The position numbers and the translations under genes are program-made. From NCBI GenBank assembly GCA_031427235.1, contig JANPNA010000231.1, forward strand, positions 19,139 to 83,138: 64,000 bases of DNA, given 5' to 3'. The notes beneath the pieces were generated by a model that was not told where the DNA came from, made no database searches, and worked only from the letters and a program-made list of their open reading frames with translations. The stretch comes from Pirellula sp. (GTDB taxonomy: Bacteria > Planctomycetota > Planctomycetia > Pirellulales > Pirellulaceae). Shown here one piece after another: positions 28,983 through 38,177 of this stretch (within the stretch, counting starts at the first letter, position 1; each line of letters opens with the position of its first letter).

Positions 28983-30320
28983 ATGTCCGACGTTTGTCCA
29001 TACGCCGTCTCGTTTCAACCAGCCAGAGAGCCTTTACACGGTCGCATCACCGTCCCCGGATCCAAGAGCCTTACCAACCGCGCCTTGATTTGCGCGGCCA
29101 TGGCTCGCGGCACTTCACTTTTAACTGGTGTGCTCGACAGCGAGGACACGCGGGTGATGGTCGACGCCTGGGTATCCCTTGGACTTTCTGTCGATTGGGA
29201 CAAGACCGCAAAGTCGATCAACATCACGGGTTGCAACGGAAAGCCGAGTCCGTTCGGTGATGAGCTGCACATCTCCATCGCCAACAGCGGGACTTCCGTA
29301 CGATTCTTGACCGCTGCACTCGCAGCCACCCATGGAAATGTTCACTACCAGCTCGATGGCGTCCCAAGGATGCGAGAACGTCCTATCGGAGATTTGATCG
29401 AGGGACTGCGTGAACTGGGTGCAAACGTCTTCAGCCTCAACCAAGAGCATCCGAATTGCCCGCCGGTGTGTGTTGTTGCGAATGGATTGCAAGGTGGAGA
29501 TTGCGAAGTCGCGGGGGATGTTTCGAGTCAGTTTTTGAGTGGCATGATGATGGCGTCTCCGTACGCCGCTAAACCTGTCGTTATTCGAGTGATTGGGGAG
29601 CTCGTATCGAAACCCTATGTCGACATGACAGCGGCTGTCATGAAATCCTTTGGCGTGGAGCTGCGTGTAAACCAAGGATCCCACGGGCTTGAATACGCTG
29701 TGGACTCGCCGCAGTTTTACGTAGGCTGTGACTACGCCATCGAACCGGATGCCTCGGCGGCTAGTTATTTCTTGGGGGCTGCTGCCATCACGGGTGGTTC
29801 GATGCGAATCGACGGTCTCAGTTTTAATGCACTGCAAGGTGACGTTCAGTTTGCCACAGTGCTTGAGAAGATGGGCTGCCGCGTTTCTAGTGGTGTTGAT
29901 TTCATCGAGGTGGCCGGTCGCGCTTCGCGAGGAATCGATATCGACATGAACGCGATTAGCGATACGGTGCAGACTCTTGCAGCGGTAGCTTTGTTCGCAG
30001 TCGGCCCGACTCGCGTTCGAGGCGTCGCACACAATCGGCATAAAGAAACCGATCGCATCGGAGATTTGGCTTGTGAGCTACGTCGCTTAGGGGCCGCTGT
30101 CGATGAGCACGAGGATGGCTTGACGATTCACCCCAAACCTTTGGTGGGTGTCGACTTGCAGACCTACCGTGACCATCGGATGGCCATGAGTCTGTCCTTG
30201 GTTGGATTGAAGGTCCCTGGTGTTCGCATCTTGGATCCCAAATGCACGGAGAAGACCTATCCAGAATTCTTTGAGGACATGGGCGATGTATTAGGGCAGA
30301 AGCCCAAATACGATTCCTAG
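28983..30320 (+). CDS. aroA: 3-phosphoshikimate 1-carboxyvinyltransferase
   Basis: PGSKSLTNRAL, NSGTSVRF, SSQFLS, KETDRI, DHRMAM. Confidence 0.98.
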   Translation: MSDVCPYAVSFQPAREPLHGRITVPGSKSLTNRALICAAMARGTSLLTGVLDSEDTRVMVDAWVSLGLSVDWDKTAKSINITGCNGKPSPFGDELHISIANSGTSVRFLTAALAATHGNVHYQLDGVPRMRERPIGDLIEGLRELGANVFSLNQEHPNCPPVCVVANGLQGGDCEVAGDVSSQFLSGMMMASPYAAKPVVIRVIGELVSKPYVDMTAAVMKSFGVELRVNQGSHGLEYAVDSPQFYVGCDYAIEPDASAASYFLGAAAITGGSMRIDGLSFNALQGDVQFATVLEKMGCRVSSGVDFIEVAGRASRGIDIDMNAISDTVQTLAAVALFAVGPTRVRGVAHNRHKETDRIGDLACELRRLGAAVDEHEDGLTIHPKPLVGVDLQTYRDHRMAMSLSLVGLKVPGVRILDPKCTEKTYPEFFEDMGDVLGQKPKYDS

Positions 30321-30412
30321 TGTAGCACGGCACTCCGTGCCGTGATCCTCGCCCCTCCGTGCCGTGATCCTCCGTGCCGTGATCCTCGACACGGAGTGTC
30401 GAGCTACACTAG
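30318..30412. repeat. Repeat family D: CTAGTGTAGC...GCTACACTAG ends with internal (CTCCGTGCCGTGATC)x3
   Basis: Perfect 10-bp terminal inverted repeats and internal tandem copies, between convergent genes. Confidence 0.85.
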
Positions 30413-31287
30413 GCACAGCCGTCGACAAAGGCCAGCCATTCCTGTTCCTCGCCCGAAGCAGCATCGCTGGCTTTCGGAACGCGAAATGCATCGATATGAT
30501 GCATGCATCGCGCATTCCAACCTTGGCCGGAACCGGACAAAATGGGATTTTCATAAAGCGGCAATTCGGAATACCAAAGTCGATTCATGCGAGTCACGCT
30601 CCAAGCTCGCAACTGATGTCCATAACATTCCTTGCAATCTTGGGAGAAACGGACCAACTTGTTGTCGTGAAGCAAGGGGCGACCTCCTGGCCGCGCTGAT
30701 GACTTGGAGTAACCGCGAATGAATGGCAACCAATGCGATTTCCAAGGACCAAGAGGATGCGAGGCGTGAAACAACCTGAGTCCATACGAACGCCAACCTG
30801 CAAAGATCCAATAGCGCCCCTGATGTTTCACCATGGAGCAATCCATCAATCGGCCTCGAAGGATCGTCTTTTCAAATACCCAACGATGCGGGAATTCGAC
30901 TGCTCGAAACAGATCGACTCGTTTTACCGATTTCGATTCGGGCATCATGTAGATTTCGCCATCGTGCTCAAACACGAACGGATAGGACAAATGGTGCGGC
31001 TGCTTTAGAACGATACCCAGCGGCTCCCAGTCTTGCAGGTTTTGGCTGCGGGATGCGCCGATGACTGCGATTTTCGAATTTTTTTGAAACAACTCAAAAA
31101 ACAGATACCAAGCCCCATTGCGAAAAAGGGCAAATGGGTCCGCTACCGCTTTGCCGCTCCATCTTTCAAAGTCATTTGCCGTCACAATCGGGTTGGATGG
31201 CAACGTCGGTTTCAGCCGGTCCAAACTGGAGCCACGCCAAAGTCCAATCGCCCAGCAGCCTTCTTCGTGAAGGACCTCATTACCCAT
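30409..31287 (-). CDS. Five-bladed glycoside hydrolase-like beta-propeller (GINT1 N-terminal/GH43-like)
   Basis: VADPF, WYLFFE, HLSYPFVF, YMMPES, ARPGG, MHHID. Confidence 0.85.
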   Translation of the reverse strand: MGNEVLHEEGCWAIGLWRGSSLDRLKPTLPSNPIVTANDFERWSGKAVADPFALFRNGAWYLFFELFQKNSKIAVIGASRSQNLQDWEPLGIVLKQPHHLSYPFVFEHDGEIYMMPESKSVKRVDLFRAVEFPHRWVFEKTILRGRLMDCSMVKHQGRYWIFAGWRSYGLRLFHASHPLGPWKSHWLPFIRGYSKSSARPGGRPLLHDNKLVRFSQDCKECYGHQLRAWSVTRMNRLWYSELPLYENPILSGSGQGWNARCMHHIDAFRVPKASDAASGEEQEWLAFVDGCA

Positions 31288-31984
31288 CTCGTCGGCTTTG
31301 GCTTTGGAGGAAGTATTGAAAAAGGTAGTACGCCAAGGTCGCTACCGCTTGGAGTGTGGCGGCCACGTAGGTCATGGCGGCTGCGGTCAAGACGCTGCTA
31401 ACTTGCGTGAGTTCTTGACCATTAACGATTCCCAGCGATACCAGTTCGGTCTTAGCGCGGGAGCTGGCATCGAATTCGACAGGTAGGTTGATGAGCTGGA
31501 AGACGACGGTGGCCGAAAAACCCAGCACGAACAGGAGCATCGCGCCGGTAGCTAATTTACCCATCCCCATCGAACCCAGGCCGATGGCTGCAATCAGAAA
31601 TATTTGGCTAATGTTGCTACCGAAACTGGCGACAGGTACCGCCAAATTCCGGACCACCAAAGGTGCATAGTGTTTTGCATCCTGCATCGCGTGCCCGACT
31701 TCGTGTGCGGCGATCCCAACCGAAGCTATCGAGTAGCCTTGGTACACATCAGGGCTTAAGCGAACGACTTTCCCGGACGGGTCATAATGATCCGAAAGAT
31801 GGCCTTGGGCTTGTTCGATGGGAATATTCTGCAGGCCATTCGCATCGAGAATCCGTCGCGCGGCCATGGCTCCGCTCATGCGTGCTGGAATCTGGCTGGT
31901 TCGCTGGTAAGCAGAACGAATCCACCATTGTGCTCCCAAAGCGAGCAGCATGGGTGGTACCATAAACAGCAGGTAAAGCAGCAT
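31280..31984 (-). CDS. YugP-family neutral zinc metallopeptidase
   Basis: LSDHYDP, AAHEVGHAMQ, LPVEFDASSRA, AAAMTYVA. Confidence 0.93.
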   Translation of the reverse strand: MLLYLLFMVPPMLLALGAQWWIRSAYQRTSQIPARMSGAMAARRILDANGLQNIPIEQAQGHLSDHYDPSGKVVRLSPDVYQGYSIASVGIAAHEVGHAMQDAKHYAPLVVRNLAVPVASFGSNISQIFLIAAIGLGSMGMGKLATGAMLLFVLGFSATVVFQLINLPVEFDASSRAKTELVSLGIVNGQELTQVSSVLTAAAMTYVAATLQAVATLAYYLFQYFLQSQSRRDG

Positions 31985-32126
31985 CCTAAGTATCCTCAAA
32001 AAATTGCGACATGGCAGTTCAGCAAAAGCCCAGCCGATACGGTGCATTTTGCGTGCCGAAGGTCGCTGTGGCGGTGTGGCGGTGTCGCTCAGCGACACCA
32101 CTGCTTCCCGAGTTGACAGCCGACAG

Positions 32127-32723
32127 CTACTTCAGTTCGCCGCAGTCTTTGATCTGGACGACGCCCTTAGTCTTTCCAGAGTCGCTACCAAAGCTTTCGA
32201 TCTTGGTAACGATGTCCATGCCTTCGATAACTTTACCGAAGATGACGTGCTTGCCGTCCAAATGGGGTGTAGGAACCGTCGTGACGAAGAATTGAGATCC
32301 ATTGGTATTCGGGCCAGCATTGGCCATGCTCAAGATTCCAGGCATGTCATGACGGAACTTGAAGTTCTCGTCCTTGAACTTCTCTCCGTAAATGCTCTCC
32401 CCGCCGGTACCGTTTCCGCGTGTAAAATCGCCACCTTGCAACATGAATCTAGGAATCACGCGATGGAAATTGCTTTCCTTGAAATGCAACGGCTTGCCCG
32501 AGGCACCCTTACCTTTTTCTCCGGTGCAAAGGCAACGGAAGTTTTCAACCGTTTTCGGCACATCGTCGCCGAACAACCCCATTACGATTCGTCCAGCATC
32601 TTTGCCGTCAATCGTGACATCAAAAAAAACTTTACTGGTAACTTTTCCATCTTTTGGGGAATCTGCAGCAAGAACCATAGTGACCATCGAGAGTAAGCAG
32701 GGAAGGAAAAAAAAACGGGACAT
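32127..32723 (-). CDS. Cyclophilin-type peptidyl-prolyl isomerase with signal peptide
   Basis: [51 protein letters not shown]. Confidence 0.97.
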   Translation of the reverse strand: MSRFFFLPCLLSMVTMVLAADSPKDGKVTSKVFFDVTIDGKDAGRIVMGLFGDDVPKTVENFRCLCTGEKGKGASGKPLHFKESNFHRVIPRFMLQGGDFTRGNGTGGESIYGEKFKDENFKFRHDMPGILSMANAGPNTNGSQFFVTTVPTPHLDGKHVIFGKVIEGMDIVTKIESFGSDSGKTKGVVQIKDCGELK

Positions 32724-32927
32724 TCTCAAACTCCAAAGCGAATCAAATTCCAAACAAACGTCTGAGCGGATGGACAAAAGTCCTTGTCCATAACACGATT
32801 GGCTAAAGTATACCGAAAGTGCGCGACATTGGCAGGGTTACTTCACTGCCTTGCAGAAATAGGGTTTCAACGAGTACAACCATTGATAGCAATTCTCTAT
32901 CCGTCGACCCATGCAGAGAGCTTTACT

Positions 32928-35021
32928 ATGCCAAATCGAATGACTAGCCGCCGTCACTTCTTGACTACGACAGGTTTGGGTTGCGTCGGACTCTCGGCCT
33001 CCCAACAACGGTTCCCAGCGTCCTTATCTGCGGCGGAGCTTTGGAATTCACCAACGGCCGCAGAACTTCTGCCGCTCCATCGCTTCCCTCGCATGGTGCA
33101 AGAATGGATGGTTGCCCAAGTTCGTGAGGCCGAAAATCGTGGCGACGCAATGCGAGAGGCGTTGCATACTCGGGAGGATGCGCTCGGGTACGTGAAGTCC
33201 TGCCAGACGCGAATTCGCCAATGCTTCGGTCCGGTCCCAGACAGGGCACCGCTCAATGCTCGCACCACCCGCGTTATCGAGCGGGACGCGTACCGGATCG
33301 AAAACGTGATTTTCGAAAGCCGCCCGGGATATTTCGTGACTGCGAATCTATACATTCCCAAAGATCGCAAGTCACCCATGCCAGGTGTGGTCGGCACGTG
33401 CGGCCATTCGCTCAACGGCAAAGCCAACGAAGCTTATCAGTCCTTTGCCCAAGGGCTGGCGAGGATGGGTTACGTCGTTCTGATTTTCGATCCAGTCGGT
33501 CAAGGGGAACGATTGCAGTATTTGACTCCAGACCTGAAATCTCGATACCAAGGGGGCGTTGGCGAACATATCCAGATGGGCAACCAGCAGGTGCTCATCG
33601 GTGAGTGCTTAGGGGCTTGGTTCGCTTGGGATGGAGTCAGGGCCCTCGACTATCTACTCACTCGCGAGGAGGTGGACCCAAAGCACGTTGGGGTCACCGG
33701 CAATTCAGGCGGTGGTACGCAAACAACTTGGCTGTGCGGAGTCGAGCAGCGCTGGACCATGGCCGCACCGGCATGCTTTGTAACTACATTTCGTCGCAAT
33801 GCTGAAAACGAACTGCCGGCGGACACCGAACAATGCCCGCCACGCGTATTGGCGTTGGGGCTCGATCATTCGGACTTCTTGGCGGCGCTGGCACCGAAGC
33901 CCATCGTCATACTCGCGAAAGAGCGAGATTTCTTTGACGTACGTGGGGCCAACGAAGCCTTCCTTCGACTCAAGAAACTCTACTCACTGCTTGGCAAGCC
34001 CGAGAACATCGAGCTTTTTGTCGGGCCAACCTACCACGGCTATTCACAAGAGAACCGTGAAGCCATGTACCAGTTCTTCAACAAGCAGACCGGCATCTCA
34101 AGTGCTAGTGTGGAACCGACGCTTGTCATCGAAAAGGATGAAACGCTCTGGTGCACCCCGCGTGGAACCATCAGCGACTTAGGGCCGAAAACGCTGTTCT
34201 CCGCGACTCGCGATGCATCCAAAGCAATTGGAAACTCACGCGTGAAACTCAAGGGTGCTGCGTTGCAACAAGCGGCAAGCGATTTGCTTAAGATGCCCGT
34301 CGACGATCGGTCTATCCCGGAATACCGCATTCTCCGTGGAATGGGTGCTAGAAAGTATCCGACCACCGGCTACTGCACGTATGCAGTCGAAACCGAGTCG
34401 GGCATACAAGCCTTGGTGACCCGACTGTTTGGCGAGCAACTCATGTCCCGTCCGCCACGTGGTCAAAGTCGGGCCGTGCTCTACGTTTCGCATCGATCCT
34501 CCGATGCGGAATTGCGAGAGGAGCCGCTCATCGAACAACTGCGAAAGCAAGCACCCGATGCTTCGTTTTATGCGTGTGACGTCCGCGGCATCGGAGACTC
34601 GCAGCCAGACATCTGCGGATCCAATACGTTTCTGAACCCCTACGGCAGTGACTACTTTTTAACCGCGCACAGCCTCATGCTGGACAAACCCTATTTGGGG
34701 CAACGCACCTTCGACGTCCTGAGAGTCATCACTTGGCTCGTCGATCAAGGTCACGAAGAAATACATCTTGCAGGCAAGGGCTGGGGGGCACTTCCAACCG
34801 CATTCGCGGCCCTATTAAGCGAGCCAGTGAGGCAAGTGACGCTCAAGAACGCCCTCGGCTCGTTTGCAGAGTTGGCAGAGACCGAAGACTACCATTGGCC
34901 ATTCGCAATGCTGCTACCCGATGTCCTGACGAAGTTGGACCTGCCAGATGTGTATCGTGAACTACAGTCAAAACAGCTCAGCAACATCGAGCCTTGGGGA
35001 CCAGCCGATGGCGGAGAGTAA
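32928..35021 (+). CDS. Tat-exported acetylxylan esterase-like alpha/beta hydrolase
   Basis: SRRHFL; ENVIFESRPG; CGHS; GNSGGG nucleophile motif. Confidence 0.88.
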   Translation: MPNRMTSRRHFLTTTGLGCVGLSASQQRFPASLSAAELWNSPTAAELLPLHRFPRMVQEWMVAQVREAENRGDAMREALHTREDALGYVKSCQTRIRQCFGPVPDRAPLNARTTRVIERDAYRIENVIFESRPGYFVTANLYIPKDRKSPMPGVVGTCGHSLNGKANEAYQSFAQGLARMGYVVLIFDPVGQGERLQYLTPDLKSRYQGGVGEHIQMGNQQVLIGECLGAWFAWDGVRALDYLLTREEVDPKHVGVTGNSGGGTQTTWLCGVEQRWTMAAPACFVTTFRRNAENELPADTEQCPPRVLALGLDHSDFLAALAPKPIVILAKERDFFDVRGANEAFLRLKKLYSLLGKPENIELFVGPTYHGYSQENREAMYQFFNKQTGISSASVEPTLVIEKDETLWCTPRGTISDLGPKTLFSATRDASKAIGNSRVKLKGAALQQAASDLLKMPVDDRSIPEYRILRGMGARKYPTTGYCTYAVETESGIQALVTRLFGEQLMSRPPRGQSRAVLYVSHRSSDAELREEPLIEQLRKQAPDASFYACDVRGIGDSQPDICGSNTFLNPYGSDYFLTAHSLMLDKPYLGQRTFDVLRVITWLVDQGHEEIHLAGKGWGALPTAFAALLSEPVRQVTLKNALGSFAELAETEDYHWPFAMLLPDVLTKLDLPDVYRELQSKQLSNIEPWGPADGGE

Positions 35022-35149
35022 TCTCCTCATAAACATTCGTAATTTTCGTTCCGCATACAGACATTTGACGAAACCATCCATGAATTCCGTCGCCGAGGGA
35101 GGGAGGCGAAAGGACCATAATTCAGAAGCTCAAACGCGTTCTGCGAAGT

Positions 35150-35285
35150 TAATGCCCCCGAGTTTACCTCGGGGGATGTTTACCGTCCCTCTATCTAGGA
35201 GGTCGTCGGGAAAACCCTGGCCTGAAAGCTGTACATACCTCTAGATAGATGGTCAAAACCCCTGGCGTGAAGCCGGGGGCATGAA
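35150..35285. repeat. Family B elements (permuted, diverged)
   Basis: atgcccccgagtttacctcgggggatgtttacc and gatggtcaaaacccctggcgtgaagccggggg. Confidence 0.8.
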
Positions 35286-35412
35286 GAAAAGCACCGAAAG
35301 GCAAACCATTCGTGCGTGACGTAACAATCCCAGGTTACGGCACTAGTGTAAGTTATACCTGCCGCTGGCTGCGCATCCCGATCCTTTCCTTTGCAATCGA
35401 AAGCAAAACACA

Positions 35413-36228
35413 ATGAAGTTTGTTCGCTACCAAGACTCGTCTGGCTCAACATCCTATGGCTGTCGCCACATCGACGGAACGACCACTCGGATCCAGGGTG
35501 ACATTCTCGGCGATTACAAGGATTCTGGCGAAGTTGTCACACCGGCGAAACTCCTGGCCCCGATCGAACCCCGCGACATCCTGTGTATCGGCCTCAACTA
35601 TCGCAAGCACGCCGCCGAAGGAAATAAGCCCATTCCAGAGTACCCGGTGGTCTTCATGAAGAACCTCGGCACTCTGCAAAACCCAGACGATCCCATTATC
35701 CTTCCGAGACGATTGCGAAGCGACTCGGTGGATTACGAATGCGAATTGGCCGTCGTGATCGGACGGGAGTGCTACAACGTACCGAAAGCCCAAGCCCTGG
35801 ACTACGTTCTGGGCTACACCTGTGCCAACGATGTCAGCGCTCGGGACTGGCAGATTGAAAAAGGGGGTAGTCAATGGTGTCGAGGTAAAACCTTTGCAAC
35901 GTTCTGTCCGCTTGGGCCATGGATCGTAACTCCGGATGAAATCCCAAATCCAAACGCGCTAACCATCAAGACCGTGCTCAACGGCCAGACGATGCAGGAT
36001 TGGAGCACGAGCGACATGATTTTCGACGTGCCGACGCTGATCGAATTCTTGAGCGGCAGTACACGCCTTTTGCCGGGCACCATCATTCTGACAGGAACGC
36101 CGCACGGAGTCGGTGCCGCCCGCAAGCCACCGGTTTTCCTCAAGCCCGGTGACACAGTAACGATTGAAATCGGCGGCATCGGCTCGCTCACCAACCCAGT
36201 GATTGAGGAGATGAGAGATGAGAGATGA
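35413..36228 (+). CDS. Fumarylacetoacetate hydrolase family protein
   Basis: CIGLNY, DYECELAVVIG, NDVSARD, RGK, TGTP. Confidence 0.95.
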   Translation: MKFVRYQDSSGSTSYGCRHIDGTTTRIQGDILGDYKDSGEVVTPAKLLAPIEPRDILCIGLNYRKHAAEGNKPIPEYPVVFMKNLGTLQNPDDPIILPRRLRSDSVDYECELAVVIGRECYNVPKAQALDYVLGYTCANDVSARDWQIEKGGSQWCRGKTFATFCPLGPWIVTPDEIPNPNALTIKTVLNGQTMQDWSTSDMIFDVPTLIEFLSGSTRLLPGTIILTGTPHGVGAARKPPVFLKPGDTVTIEIGGIGSLTNPVIEEMRDER

Positions 36229-36235
36229 GAGATGA
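36208..36235. repeat. Heptamer tandem repeat (GAGATGA)x4
   Basis: Direct reading; it supplies the FAH stop codon. Confidence 0.9.
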
Positions 36236-36289
36236 GGAGTTAGCGTCCGGTTTTGTTGGTACATCAGGACTATCAAAATTCTGCAATCG

Positions 36290-36784
36290 AAACCAATTGT
36301 CGGAACCGTTCGCGGTAATTCGATTGAATTTGATGTTCATCTAGGGCCATTCTGGTGGGACAACAAAGACATATTTCCAAAAGTCAAACCATTCCAGCCA
36401 ATTCGAACTGATTTAGAATCATTCGCCTCGGGTAGTCCATTCAGCGGACCTCCAATTCAACTCGAATTTATTAACGAGCCGGAAACAAGATTGATGATGA
36501 GCTCTGCAGATGGCGACTGGCTATGCCAACTTCAGAAGGATCGAATGGTCATAAATTGGCGGAAAGCGAAGTCGGAGTATCCTAGATACCCAGCCGTGAA
36601 GTCGAAGCTTCATTTCATGTGGGGCAAATGGAGCGACTTTGCCTCCAAGGTTGGCGGTCAAGCTCCAGTTCCCGCAAAATGGGAATTGGTTTACGTCAAC
36701 AGGATAACTCCACCTTCGACACAAAGTCTCGGCTGGGAAAAGATCGTTCCGGGCTTATTTCATGATGGACTAAGTGGTATCTAA
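36290..36784 (+). pseudogene. TIGR04255-family protein, degraded or truncated
   Basis: The frame is open from 36236 with no start codon: 'KPIVGTV...HLGPFW...FP...R....DGDWLCQLQKDRMVINWR...EYPRY...ELVYVNRI'. It stops early. Confidence 0.7.
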
Positions 36785-36814
36785 AGAGATCCTTCTACAA
36801 TGTGACGAAAATCC

Positions 36815-37342
36815 ATGAAAAGAGCACGACACGAGACCAGAATCGCTCCTAACAGTATTGTTACAAGCGAAGAAAGCAGCGATCGATGGAATAGCGTTGG
36901 CGAAAGCCCAGAATGGACTCATTGCATCAACACGATTGCAAGGTTAATGAGTGAGCCACGTTCTGATTCCAGCAGCCCGAACGCCCGAGCTAAAAGGCAA
37001 ACACTTAGTTTTTTGAAGGAAGCGAGAAGATCTGGGAGATTGCCTCCACTCATGATCGATCTCGAACCCACGGGCGGGACAATCGTGACCTTCGAGGAAG
37101 ACAACAAGTCCGATGAATGGACTTTCTACAACTCTGGCGATATCGAGTTTACAAAGTACATCGACAACAAAGTCGTTCACCTCCAACTTGTTGAAAGTCC
37201 GGCGACGAATTGCCCAGATGCGACAATTGCTTTCTTGGGCTGGGAGCAAGATGATTTGATTTCTTCATTCCGTGTCTCTAGGGCACACGTAATCAAGCAT
37301 CTAGAGCCGCAGTTTGAAGATGATCTAGTTTCTTCATGGTAA
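36815..37342 (+). CDS. Hypothetical protein (possible antitoxin-like partner)
   Basis: 175-aa ORF overlapping the next gene's start. Confidence 0.55.
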   Translation: MKRARHETRIAPNSIVTSEESSDRWNSVGESPEWTHCINTIARLMSEPRSDSSSPNARAKRQTLSFLKEARRSGRLPPLMIDLEPTGGTIVTFEEDNKSDEWTFYNSGDIEFTKYIDNKVVHLQLVESPATNCPDATIAFLGWEQDDLISSFRVSRAHVIKHLEPQFEDDLVSSW

Positions 37343-37953
37343 CTCGGCCTGATCCTGCTGTGGTTTACAGGCAAGTGATTTCGGGTGGCGAACCGATTTG
37401 GTTCAACCCGTCACGAGAGCCGCCTGTATCTCACGCCGCGTTTCTCCCTTCTCGTGAAGATGCTGACGGCCTATCACTGATCGACTCCAGCACGAGGAGC
37501 GAGGTTTGGGCAGCTCACCGAATGGAATCACCGAAAACACAGCGACACGTCGCGGTACTAGACGTTTCGATGATCGCGGAGGTTGCCACTAAGGTTTGCT
37601 TGAGTCACGAACTGGTTTGTGACCCAGATAAGTTAGATAAGTGGTTTGGAGAGCCTTCGTCGCATTGGCTAGCTACGCGTATAAACCGATACGATCACGA
37701 TAGTAATAAAGACGTTAAAGAAAAGATAAAGTCGTGGGCGAAGACTATTGCCAGCAAAATTGCTCGAGACAAGGTTTCTCCATTGCAGCCTATACCTTCC
37801 ATTTTTCATTGCTACCGACCAAAATCATTCAAGTTCTTTTCGATCCGGCAGCGGATTGGAGAATTCATGATTCGACTGCAGTTAGTATTGCTAAGGGAAC
37901 TAAGAGCTCAACACGAGACGCCGGAGCGAAAATCGCTAGTAGAGCGGGAGTAG
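37336..37953 (+). CDS. Hypothetical protein, possible ART-like toxin
   Basis: 'VVYRQV...SHAAFLPSREDADGLSL' pattern. Confidence 0.55.
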   Translation: MVTRPDPAVVYRQVISGGEPIWFNPSREPPVSHAAFLPSREDADGLSLIDSSTRSEVWAAHRMESPKTQRHVAVLDVSMIAEVATKVCLSHELVCDPDKLDKWFGEPSSHWLATRINRYDHDSNKDVKEKIKSWAKTIASKIARDKVSPLQPIPSIFHCYRPKSFKFFSIRQRIGEFMIRLQLVLLRELRAQHETPERKSLVERE

Positions 37954-38177
37954 TACGAGTAGTACTCACGAACATATTTTTTGACATTTCTCGGCAAGCA
38001 CCACTACGATTTGCTTTTAATCATGCTACTCAGTCCGCAGGACGGTACTCGTACTCGGTAGGACGGCAGCACCGTCACCGCCGACTCGATTCCCTTGAGC
38101 TATAATCGTTGTCACGAACGACCTAGCGGTTTGCTGATTCAACACTTTTACTTCCCACAAACATACTTCCTACTTCT

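Noticed and set aside
32004-32696. 230-aa antisense ORF
   Set aside because: Typical shadow of the conserved cyclophilin gene.
32707-32715. A9/T9 run as a phase-variation site in the cyclophilin gene
   Set aside because: It encodes in-frame Phe codons of the signal peptide, and no alternative product is evident.
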